Source: Arenicellales bacterium
Lineage (GTDB): Bacteria; Pseudomonadota; Gammaproteobacteria; Arenicellales; Poriferihabitantaceae
NCBI GenBank assembly: GCA_965231905.1
Contig: CBDDOO010000001.1
Location: forward strand, 523,640-587,639
Direction: 5' to 3'
DNA length: 64,000 nucleotides
Below are positions 28,757 to 37,857 of the stretch, one piece after another. Made by a program: the position numbers and the translations under genes. Positions within the stretch are counted from its first letter, which is position 1; every line of letters begins with the position of its first letter. The notes under the pieces were generated by a model. It was not told the DNA's origin. It was given only the letters and a program-made list of their open reading frames with translations, and did no database searches.

Positions 28757-30758
28757 TTTCCTGCGCGGTTGTGGTCTCTTTGCCTGAATCGGCGGTCAGC
28801 CGGTCATTCCGGGTAGCGTCATGGATTAGAATATCATGCCATATCTGGTCAAAACGCTGATCAATTCCGGGGGCGCCGCTGGTAAAAATGCACCGCGCCG
28901 AGGGCAGTTCACCGGTCGAAATGTACTGCGGCAGGTCGGTAAGCGCGTACACGGCATGATCTTTTTTGTCTTTGGCAAGCGGGTCGAACAACAGATTGGA
29001 GCTGGTTAATTTGCCGAGTGCGTCATAGAAACGGGAGCACAGGGTTTTGTGGTCAGCGGCCGGACTGCCTTCGTAAACGAACAGAACCTCCAGTGAAGCG
29101 CGAAGCGTGATTTCCCGGTTGACCAGGTCACCGAGGGCGATCGCGGCTATGCCGCCCTGATTCGGCTGATATTCGTCTGACTGCCAGTGACGGTCTGCGG
29201 CATCTTCGACGGCAGCTTGAAGAACCGAAGTGATGGAGGCTTCGGCGACATTGGCCAGCGCAATCCCGGCTTCGTCCGGCGACAGATTGCCGCGCAATGC
29301 GTGCATACTGATCTGGAACACTTTGCCGTTTGACCAGTTGCGCACGGTCTCGGCGGCGTCCATGGCGTCCTGTACCGGAATTTCGGCGATCTGCTCTTTC
29401 ATTTTTGCAACGTCGAATTCGTGCGTCCAGTAGACACGCGCCAGGCCGCGGCGGGCCAGCATTTCAAATTCCGGGTCTGCGACTCCATCCGGAATCCGGA
29501 GATTGGTAAATTCCGGGTCTTTCAGGTTGTCCAGCAGTTCCGGATTCTGTTCGATGGCGCTGACGAGATGAGGCGCCGCGTCGTAAATTTCGACGATTGC
29601 ATCGAACGCTTCCGGGCGCGCTTCCGAAACCGGGCTGTCGTAAGCGCTCCAGTCCTTGATTCCCGGATAGAAGCGCTCGCGCCATTGATCAACCAGTGGG
29701 TCCATCGTCTCAAACCAGCGCTTTGGGCGCAGAGCCAGAGCGAACATGGCGCCGTAGCTTCCCGGTAGTTGAGGCGATTCATCCGCTCCGTGATGTTGCA
29801 GCAACGGGTAGCGTCGGCCGGCCGAGACATGGTGGTCGGGATGACGCTGCATATTGAAAAACATCCAGTTGCTGAACTTGTAATCGGCGCTCCACGAATG
29901 CCGGAGTTGGGCCCTTTCAAACCGGCCATTGGGCAGATGGACCCGGCGCAGGCCGTAATGCTGGAGGTAGTTGCTGATTTTCATCGAGAGGACGATTCCG
30001 AGACACAGGGTCATGAAGATCAGGACCGACCACCACCCGCCTGTCCAGTAGACGAACGTGTACCAGGCAGCGGTTTCAGCGCCGTAGAGCCAGAAAGGAT
30101 TGCTGAAGCGCCAGATTGGCAGTTGACGATTCGCCATCCGTTTACGGGACACCTCCCAGGCGCCGAGAAAATTGCTGGCCAGTTCACGGGGGAAATACCG
30201 CCAGAAGCTCTGTCCCTTAGGCGCCGAGCCGACATCTTTGGGGGTGCCGACCCAGACGTGGTGAATATGAAAATGCTCTGTAGCATAGTGCGGATACGAA
30301 ACGGAGGAGAGCAGGAAGACGCCAATGTGCCGCTCCCATGCCGCGCGTCGATGGATCAGTTCGTGCCCGACAATAAATACCCCCTGGCCTTCCACCGCCA
30401 GCGCAATAGCCAGCAGGGCGCCTTCCCAGACGGCCAGATGTCCAACGATGAAAATTTGCCAGAGTGTGAATACGAATGTGACTGGCCAGAGTAACGCCCA
30501 TAACCAGACAGGCAGGTTATACCAGATCAGGCGGCGTTCGGGTGTTGTTTTCGGGTCCGCGTTACGCCCGTCGGCGCCGAATGCAAGGTCCAGCGGACCT
30601 ACGCTCCAGAAAAAGATGAACGGGCCCGCGATCCACCAGCCACCGTATATTGCGGCAGCGAAAATCAGTGGGAAGACCGCAATGGGTAAAAAATGCGGGA
30701 GCGCGTTCCGTAGCGACAGCGAAATCATTCTATCCGTTGAAATTGTTGCTGCAACCAT
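28749..30758 (-). CDS. AlkB/fatty-acid-desaturase-family membrane diiron enzyme fused to a degenerate GlnE-like nucleotidyltransferase domain
   Basis: His boxes HELIH, EHFHIHH, NYLQHYGL and QRHPDHH with TM helices. The C-terminal ~290 aa follow the GlnE pattern (APHLVSAIEQNPELLDNL; IALGDLVNREITLRASLEVLFVY versus canonical GKLGGRELxYxSDLDLxFxY). Confidence 0.75.
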   Translation of the reverse strand: MVAATISTDRMISLSLRNALPHFLPIAVFPLIFAAAIYGGWWIAGPFIFFWSVGPLDLAFGADGRNADPKTTPERRLIWYNLPVWLWALLWPVTFVFTLWQIFIVGHLAVWEGALLAIALAVEGQGVFIVGHELIHRRAAWERHIGVFLLSSVSYPHYATEHFHIHHVWVGTPKDVGSAPKGQSFWRYFPRELASNFLGAWEVSRKRMANRQLPIWRFSNPFWLYGAETAAWYTFVYWTGGWWSVLIFMTLCLGIVLSMKISNYLQHYGLRRVHLPNGRFERAQLRHSWSADYKFSNWMFFNMQRHPDHHVSAGRRYPLLQHHGADESPQLPGSYGAMFALALRPKRWFETMDPLVDQWRERFYPGIKDWSAYDSPVSEARPEAFDAIVEIYDAAPHLVSAIEQNPELLDNLKDPEFTNLRIPDGVADPEFEMLARRGLARVYWTHEFDVAKMKEQIAEIPVQDAMDAAETVRNWSNGKVFQISMHALRGNLSPDEAGIALANVAEASITSVLQAAVEDAADRHWQSDEYQPNQGGIAAIALGDLVNREITLRASLEVLFVYEGSPAADHKTLCSRFYDALGKLTSSNLLFDPLAKDKKDHAVYALTDLPQYISTGELPSARCIFTSGAPGIDQRFDQIWHDILIHDATRNDRLTADSGKETTTAQENG

Positions 30759-30796
30759 AATCAGATTCTCTTCGTATCACCAAAAGGCAGGCTAGA

Positions 30797-33085
30797 TTAT
30801 CCATCATGGTCCCGCCCCCTGGCAACCGTAGCGCCCAACCGGTCAACAGCGATCAGCAGGGGGGGAAGGAGCAGGAAATCAAAGACCAGAGCGAATCCGA
30901 TGATCAACGCAGTGAGCAGACCGACCTGGGCTGTAGGGATAAACGGGGAGAACAGCAAGATCAGAAATCCCGCCACCAGTACGACTGTGGTCGTAAAGAC
31001 CGCCCGCCCGACGGTCTGAAAAGCCCGGGACACGGCTTGTTCGGGGGTATGGCCGAATTCACGCCGCGCACGCTGGTATTTGCTGATGAAATGTACCGTG
31101 TCGTCTACCACGATCCCGAGCGTCATGGCTATGACTACAGACAACGAAGCCCCGATTTCTCCTACCGTCAACCCCCAGACACCGAACCCGACCACGGCGG
31201 GGACAAAATTGGGCGCCAGACTCACGAGGCCCATACGGAACGACCGGAAAGCCGCCAGAAGAACAACGGAAATGCCGAAGAGTATGACCACGGTTCCGAG
31301 CAACATCGACTTTATGCTGCGCTGGCCTATGTGCGCGAACAGCAGCGCAGGTCCCGAGCCATCGGCCCGGACAATGTATGTCGTGTTGTTGCCCAGCCAT
31401 TCCTCCGCGCGCCGGTTCAGCGTCAGCACATCCTTTGAAGAGAGGGTTCCGGCGGTCACGGTCATACGGGTGGACGACTTGTCGATACTGATCTGGTTGT
31501 TCAGATTCAGGCCGAAGGGAAGCGAGAGTTCGTAAAGCAACAGATATTGTGACGCGAGATCATGGCTTTCGGGGAGCCGGTAAGCATTCGGGTCATCTCC
31601 GTGCATACTCTTGTTGATCTGCCGGAATGTGTCGGTAATGACCGCGACATGTCGTACTTCAGGCTGCATTCGATACCATCCGGCAAAGGCGGACACGTCT
31701 TCCAGAAACGCGGGGTCGGCTATGCTCCCTTGCGAAACAAGGGAGTATTCAAGCGTGGTATTCCCGCCCAGGCGTTGATCCAGAAAATCGATATCCTGTC
31801 GAAATTCGGTGCTTTCATCAAAAAAGTGCACCAGAACATCGTTTAATTCGTTACGCGGAATGACTGCCGCAAACGCGAATACGACGACCATTGAGCCGAA
31901 CAGCAGGGCCTTCCGGTATCGTATGACGCACTCCGCGATCATGCCCATCAGCGGGTCGCGGTCCTGCACGGTTGCCGGTACGCGCATTGGCAGCAGCGAG
32001 AGCAGCGCTGGCAGGAATGTGACTGAAAGGATGAACGAAGCCACGATACCGAATGCAACGAAGGAGCCGAGATGGCGGTGTGGAGGCGCCTCCGCAAAAT
32101 TCAGCGCAAGAAAACCGAGTGTCGTGGTCAGGCTGGCAAGAAAGACCGGAAACAGGTTGACCCGGATGGATTCCCTGATTGCCGTATGCTTCGAATCTCC
32201 GGCCTGCAGACGTTGTTGCAGGGTAACCAGCAGGTGTACGCTATTGGCTACAACAATCATCAGCACGATCGTGGGAGCCGGCGCCACAGGTGGAGAAAAC
32301 GGCAGCCCGGCCCAACCGCCCAGCCCCAGCGATACGACGACAGATAAAATCATGACGAACCCGGTTCCCAGCACACCCGCCAGCTTTCGGATCAGAACTA
32401 CAAGGACCAGCGCCATGACTGCCAGGCTTGCCGGCAGGAATATCTTTTGACTGGTTATGGCCGCTTCCGCAAAAACGTGGTTGATCATCACCGTCCCGCT
32501 TACACGAAGATCAATGCCGGGGAACCTGTTTTCCGTCTCGGTGGCGAGACCGCGCGCAAATTCCGCAATCCCTGAAATCGTAATCGTCTCGTCTTCTTCC
32601 GGCAAAGCCACGGTAACCAGGACAGCGCTGACTCCGCCATCGCTGGCCAGTAGTCTTCCGGCAAGCCTGGGATCAGCCAGGGCGGTCGCGCGTATCTGTA
32701 AACGTTCCCGCTCACTGTCCAGGGTCGCCGGATCCACAAGGTTGCGGACGATCAGATCGTCGCCGTTCGCAATCGTATGCTGGAAGTTTGTGATGGAGTC
32801 AACCCGCGTCGAATATGGAGTCTGCCATGCCTGTTCGGTGAGCCACACCGTGGCCATCAGAGCTTGTTCGGACAGGGCGTCGCCATTGTCCGGGGCGATC
32901 ACGAAAAGCACACTGTCACTCTTGCCGTAGGCGCTTTCGAGAGATTCCAGCGCCAGGAGTTGGGGATTATCCTGATCGAAGAAAATGCGGTAATTCGTGG
33001 AAAGTGTAAGGAACCGGGCGCCAGAAGCCGCCACCCCAACCGCGATCAGGGCGCCGACAATGACAAGCCAGCGACTGGCAACCAC
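30797..33085 (-). CDS. MMPL/RND-family transporter (start may lie upstream at a non-standard codon)
   Basis: Two MMPL repeats with large periplasmic loops; PVFLASLTTTLGF and LGIVVDDTVHF motifs. The frame stays open upstream of GTG 33085 (LIDKAGNNIRSFEFRFAEWVV). Confidence 0.88.
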   Translation of the reverse strand: MVASRWLVIVGALIAVGVAASGARFLTLSTNYRIFFDQDNPQLLALESLESAYGKSDSVLFVIAPDNGDALSEQALMATVWLTEQAWQTPYSTRVDSITNFQHTIANGDDLIVRNLVDPATLDSERERLQIRATALADPRLAGRLLASDGGVSAVLVTVALPEEDETITISGIAEFARGLATETENRFPGIDLRVSGTVMINHVFAEAAITSQKIFLPASLAVMALVLVVLIRKLAGVLGTGFVMILSVVVSLGLGGWAGLPFSPPVAPAPTIVLMIVVANSVHLLVTLQQRLQAGDSKHTAIRESIRVNLFPVFLASLTTTLGFLALNFAEAPPHRHLGSFVAFGIVASFILSVTFLPALLSLLPMRVPATVQDRDPLMGMIAECVIRYRKALLFGSMVVVFAFAAVIPRNELNDVLVHFFDESTEFRQDIDFLDQRLGGNTTLEYSLVSQGSIADPAFLEDVSAFAGWYRMQPEVRHVAVITDTFRQINKSMHGDDPNAYRLPESHDLASQYLLLYELSLPFGLNLNNQISIDKSSTRMTVTAGTLSSKDVLTLNRRAEEWLGNNTTYIVRADGSGPALLFAHIGQRSIKSMLLGTVVILFGISVVLLAAFRSFRMGLVSLAPNFVPAVVGFGVWGLTVGEIGASLSVVIAMTLGIVVDDTVHFISKYQRARREFGHTPEQAVSRAFQTVGRAVFTTTVVLVAGFLILLFSPFIPTAQVGLLTALIIGFALVFDFLLLPPLLIAVDRLGATVARGRDHDG

Positions 33086-33167
33086 CCACTCCGCGAATCG
33101 GAATTCAAAGGAGCGGATGTTATTGCCGGCCTTGTCTATCAGTGTACAGAGGGCGGTATCGCCGCGC

Positions 33168-33425
33168 TCAGAGGCCGCAACAGCAAAGGCCGGCGGAGAT
33201 TGCTTCGAGTTGTTCCTCAGTCAGCTCGGTACTGGGTGGCAACGAAAGATGTAAGTTTTGCAGATCACTATCATGTACCTGTATCTGTATGCTGTCAGGA
33301 ATCTCGATACCGAATTCCTGATGGATGATGTTTTTGGGGTCTGCAATCAATTGTCTGCGAAATTCAGCGTCTTGTACTGATTTCTCGACCAGCTGTGATT
33401 GTATCTCTTGTGCGAATGCGACCAT
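33168..33425 (-). CDS. NHLP-leader RiPP precursor peptide; predicted core LCCCGL
   Basis: AGGAG 8 nt before ATG 33425. The nitrile-hydratase-like leader (EKSVQDAEFRRQLIADPK..I..EFGIEIPD.I.I.V...L.L.LP) ends in a double-glycine-type motif ELTEEQLEAISAG, followed by only LCCCGL-stop. Confidence 0.9.
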   Translation of the reverse strand: MVAFAQEIQSQLVEKSVQDAEFRRQLIADPKNIIHQEFGIEIPDSIQIQVHDSDLQNLHLSLPPSTELTEEQLEAISAGLCCCGL

Positions 33426-33683
33426 TATCAACTCTCCTGATTTTCGTGTGAGTAAATAAAATTACGAAGAATGTTTCAAAAAACCTCGTTTCGTGCAACT
33501 AACTATGAACTATCAAACCGCAGGAAAACCATACTCATTTTAGCTCATAATGTGAATGCTATCACAGTTTTGCTTTGTGTGCATAGAGTCTGCTCACCAT
33601 GAAAAGTTGATGTTTGATTTCATGTTATCCGGGTTAGAATAAGCTATTGTGTAGTATGATATTTACAAAAATCAACAGGGTAA

Positions 33684-34037
<354 letters not shown>

Positions 34038-34054
34038 GCTAAGGATATTCTGAT

Positions 34055-35269
34055 TCAGATCACTGCTTTTTCCAGGAACGGTTGATTGTCAAGCGCCCGT
34101 TGATAGCCTAAGTCAGACAGGTCGAGTTCCCGGTATTCACCATAGGTGATCAGTTCAGATACGCCCCGCCCCATCGCCGGTGACTGCTGGAGGCCGTGAC
34201 CGGAGAAGCCATTCACAAATATGAAGTTATGCACTTCAGGGTGCGGCCCGATAATGGCGTTTTGATCCAGGGTATTAAAGGCATAGTGACCGACCCATGA
34301 ATTGATAACCTTGATTGATTCGAACGCGGGAATGCGGGTGGCGAGGGCAGGCCAGAGTTTTTCTTCCCATATTGAATGATCCATTTCAAAGTCATCGAAT
34401 GCGACTGCCGGGTCTTCGTCAGGGGGGCAGCCGCACATGTAATAGCGTCCGTCTGTTCTAACGTGTATCCCTGATGGGTCCACGGTTAGCGGCAGGTCGC
34501 ATTGTAAAGGGGTCTGCGCATCGAAAATAAAGGTATACCGGCGCCTTGCTTCAACCGGCAATTCCATGTTCGCCATTTTGGCAGTGACCCCGGCCCGCGG
34601 CCCGGAGGCATTCACGATCGTACCGGCGCCGATCACTTCGCCTGATTTCAGAGTGACGCTTTCAACCCTGTTGCCATTGCGGGTAATCCCGACTACTTCA
34701 TTGGTAATGTATTCGACACCATTTTCCCGCGCCTTGCGGCGCCACCCGTCAAACATGGCGCTGCCATCGAAATAGCCCTCGTCCTTCAGATTATGGCTGC
34801 CGAGGATGATGTCATCCAGATTATAAAATGGGTATGCTTCCGCTATCTGGTCGCGGGACATGATTTTGGTCCCGGCCCCGCAGGATGCCTGCAATGCCTG
34901 ATTCTCGCGTAGAACCTGCGCTGTTTTCTCGTTGTCAGCCAACAACAGGTAGCCAAAACTCTGCAATCTGATTTTCGGGATTTCGGGGTCGCCGCCCAGA
35001 TTTTCCCGGAAAGACTTCAGAAACCGGACTCCGAACTGCGCAATCCGGATGTTGATTTCGTTCGAGAACTGCTGGCGGATGCAGCTGTTGGTGTGTGAGG
35101 TCGAGCACCACTGGTAGGTCGGATCCTTTTCCACGACCAGAATCCTGCCGTTGAAATCCCGGTTTGCAGACAGAAACCAGGCTACGGATGAACCGATCAT
35201 GGCGCCCCCTATGATCACTACGTCCCAGGTTTTGTATCGGGGCGCGGCAGACAGGGGTTTCAGTTTCAT
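34055..35269 (-). CDS. FAD-dependent oxidoreductase (DAO/sarcosine-oxidase-beta-like family)
   Basis: DVVIIGGAMIGSS dinucleotide fold, IRQQFS, VNASGP and NGFSGHGLQQSPAMG. Confidence 0.85.
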   Translation of the reverse strand: MKLKPLSAAPRYKTWDVVIIGGAMIGSSVAWFLSANRDFNGRILVVEKDPTYQWCSTSHTNSCIRQQFSNEINIRIAQFGVRFLKSFRENLGGDPEIPKIRLQSFGYLLLADNEKTAQVLRENQALQASCGAGTKIMSRDQIAEAYPFYNLDDIILGSHNLKDEGYFDGSAMFDGWRRKARENGVEYITNEVVGITRNGNRVESVTLKSGEVIGAGTIVNASGPRAGVTAKMANMELPVEARRRYTFIFDAQTPLQCDLPLTVDPSGIHVRTDGRYYMCGCPPDEDPAVAFDDFEMDHSIWEEKLWPALATRIPAFESIKVINSWVGHYAFNTLDQNAIIGPHPEVHNFIFVNGFSGHGLQQSPAMGRGVSELITYGEYRELDLSDLGYQRALDNQPFLEKAVI

Positions 35270-35356
35270 TGGGTTGATCTTCGCCTTGATTCAGGTAATG
35301 GGATGATACAATAACACGTTTGTATACAGGCCAACTTTTTTGCAGGGGCGCCTCTG

Positions 35357-37105
35357 ATGAAAAACCTTGCCGGATATTCCCATATCAAAAATCTGATCCG
35401 GGATGACCAATGCGTCATACTGGATGGCGCCATTGCTACGGAGTTGCAGCGCTCGGGTATCAGGGGCTGGGGGCTGAAGGAGGATATTCACTGGGGGTTT
35501 GATGCGTTGCATGTGGCGCCGCAAATGGTTCTCGACCTCCACAAGCAATATCTGGATGCCGGAGCGCACATACTGACTACCGACACCTACACGATCCTGG
35601 ATGCGCCCTCTTATTCCGCGGATTACGATATCCATGTTCCGAATCCGATTCACTGGATGGATCTGGCCCGCACCGCAATCGAATTACCACGGCGGGCCAT
35701 CGCTGAGCAGAAGCGGGAAGAGAGCGCCGTGGTTGCGTTCAGCATTGGCGGGGAGATCGAAAATAGCGAACAGCAGGCTACCATGGAGTTTTTGCTGCGA
35801 ATATTCCAGGAGAGTCCGCCGGACATTATTCTGTTTGAAACCCTGTCCCTGATTGAGGACAATCTGACCTTCGAGGCTATCCGGGCGCTGATTGATTCCG
35901 GCTTTCCGGTCTGGGTTTCATTCAGACGGTGCCGCAAGGGAGTCTGTGGTATTCACGGGCAGCTATGGGGTGGTCCCGAGGGCGACCGTTTTGGCCGTCT
36001 GGCTAAAACCTTCGAGAAGATGGGGGTCGAAGCCTTGCTGATCAATTGCCTGCCGGTCAACCGGGTGGATGGAACCCTGTCGTGGTTGAGGGATTTTACG
36101 ACGTTGCCTCTGGGGGTTTACCCCAACGTCGGCAGATTCGAAGATTCCGGCTGGAAATTCGACCAGTCGATGAGCCCGGATGATTTTGCCGCCAAGGCCC
36201 TGAGATGGCGGGCGGAGGGAGCGCAGATCATCGGTGGTTGCTGCGGTGTCGGGCCATCCGATATATCCGTTGTGGCAGAAGTGTTGAAGGATGTGCCGCA
36301 TGGTAACGAGCGCAGAAAGGTCAGGGAAGAAGAACCTGTCTCTTCAGACATACTTGAAATGCCGGACGGGTTTGGCTGGATGGATGCGACTGGCAGGGAG
36401 TTATATCCACTGCCCCTGCCTGAAATCGTGGTCGATACCGGGGTGTTCGTACCTACCCAGGGCAGTTATCTGATCTGGAAATACCTGTTCAACAATGGCA
36501 CAGGCATTGGCAGAACCTGTCTCGATATCGGTTGCGGCGTCGGTATACTGGCAATACAACTGGCGCTGAACGGGGCCAGCAGGGTAACCGCTTTCGATAT
36601 TTTACCGGAGGCGGTGAACAATACTTTGACCAACGCCTTTCGCAATGGCGTTGCAGACCGGATGACCGGTGTCGCCGCAGACCTGTATTCTTTCCTGCCG
36701 GAGGAAAAGTTTGATGTGATCGTTGCCAGTCTTTACCAGATGCCTACCAATCCAACAGGACAAAGCCGGGGACATCGTGATATTGACTATTGGGGTCGAA
36801 ACCTGCTTGATCACTTCATCAAGAATCTGGATAACTACCTGAATCCGGACGGGGTGGCTTATCTGATGCAGGTTTCAATGCTCGGCGCCAAACGGACCCG
36901 GGATCTGTTGCAGAAAAACGGGTACAAATTCCGGGTCGTCGATTTCAATCTGTACCAGTTCAACCCGGTGTTTAACGATAACCTGGAACAGATTTATACG
37001 GTGGAAAACCTTTCGGACGCCTATCATTTCAAGTACTCTGAAAACGAGCACACGATGGTCATGTATCTTCTCGAAATTACCCGCAATCGTCAGACTGCAG
37101 AATAG
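35357..37105 (+). CDS. Homocysteine S-methyltransferase domain fused to a C-terminal class I (HemK/PrmA-like) SAM methyltransferase
   Basis: ILDGAIATEL, LLINC, GVYPN and IIGGCCGVGP (Zn ligands intact); then VFVP, LDIGCGVGILAI and FDVIVASLYQMP. Confidence 0.8.
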   Translation: MKNLAGYSHIKNLIRDDQCVILDGAIATELQRSGIRGWGLKEDIHWGFDALHVAPQMVLDLHKQYLDAGAHILTTDTYTILDAPSYSADYDIHVPNPIHWMDLARTAIELPRRAIAEQKREESAVVAFSIGGEIENSEQQATMEFLLRIFQESPPDIILFETLSLIEDNLTFEAIRALIDSGFPVWVSFRRCRKGVCGIHGQLWGGPEGDRFGRLAKTFEKMGVEALLINCLPVNRVDGTLSWLRDFTTLPLGVYPNVGRFEDSGWKFDQSMSPDDFAAKALRWRAEGAQIIGGCCGVGPSDISVVAEVLKDVPHGNERRKVREEEPVSSDILEMPDGFGWMDATGRELYPLPLPEIVVDTGVFVPTQGSYLIWKYLFNNGTGIGRTCLDIGCGVGILAIQLALNGASRVTAFDILPEAVNNTLTNAFRNGVADRMTGVAADLYSFLPEEKFDVIVASLYQMPTNPTGQSRGHRDIDYWGRNLLDHFIKNLDNYLNPDGVAYLMQVSMLGAKRTRDLLQKNGYKFRVVDFNLYQFNPVFNDNLEQIYTVENLSDAYHFKYSENEHTMVMYLLEITRNRQTAE

Positions 37106-37857
37106 CCGCCATCCGCCGTGTAAATGCCTCCGGTACACCAGGCGGCGGCGTCTGAAGCCAGAAATACCGCAAGCCCCGCAATATCGTCGGCCTGCCCGGC
37201 CCTGCCGAGGGGGATATTATCGACGAAACGTTGCAAAATGGCGTCATTGCGCCAAAGCGCCTCGCTGAATCGGGTCTTTACCAATCCCGGGCAGATCGCA
37301 TTCACCCGGATATTATCTTTCCCCCAGTCCTGGGCCATAGCCTTTGTCAGACTATTGATCGCGGCTTTGCTGACACTGTAAATGCCGATAAACCGCTCAG
37401 GGGTGATACCGCCGATTGAGCTGATATTGATGATCGACCCGCCCCCGCATTTCATCATGACAGGCCGGACTTGTTTGCACAACTCGAAAGGTCCCTTGAG
37501 ATTGACGTCAATAATCTTGTCGAATGCGCGCTCATCCGTTTCATGAATCGGGCCGAACACCGGATTGGCGGCGGCATTGTTGACGACAATATCAATTCCT
37601 CCGCAGCTTTTTACGGTGGTTTCCACCAGCCGGTTTATGTCCGCGAGATTTCCGATATTGGCGGCGATGGCGGTGGCCTTTAGTCCATCGTCCATCAATG
37701 TCGCCGCGACCTGATCCACCGCCGCCTGATTCCGGCTGCTGACCACGACCCTTGCGCCAAATTCAGCCAGTCTCCGGGCTATGGCTTCACCGATGCCCTT
37801 GCTAGCGCCGGTAACCAGCGCGGTTTTTTCATGTAGTTCGAACAGTGGTTTGATCCG
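37090..37857 (-). CDS. Short-chain dehydrogenase/reductase (DHRS4-like); no ATG/GTG/TTG upstream of the Rossmann motif, possible CTG (37845) or ATC (37854) start
   Basis: The frame continues upstream of the track start: LFELHEKTALVTGASKGIG. Also VNNAA, NISSIGG, YSVSK and VNAICPG. Confidence 0.85.
   Translation of the reverse strand, partial: RIKPLFELHEKTALVTGASKGIGEAIARRLAEFGARVVVSSRNQAAVDQVAATLMDDGLKATAIAANIGNLADINRLVETTVKSCGGIDIVVNNAAANPVFGPIHETDERAFDKIIDVNLKGPFELCKQVRPVMMKCGGGSIINISSIGGITPERFIGIYSVSKAAINSLTKAMAQDWGKDNIRVNAICPGLVKTRFSEALWRNDAILQRFVDNIPLGRAGQADDIAGLAVFLASDAAAWCTGGIYTADGGYSAV

Noticed and set aside
29611-29621. 11-bp match (TCCGGGCGCGC) to the tRNA-Arg 3' end as a possible attR
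   Set aside because: Short, GC-rich and inside an intact CDS in the middle of the operon rather than at its boundary; likely chance.
33168-33425. Precursor interpreted as a nitrile hydratase alpha subunit fragment or metallothionein
   Set aside because: It lacks the CxxCSC metal site and a beta subunit gene. The double-glycine motif and the adjacent YcaO and C39 transporter fit an NHLP precursor.
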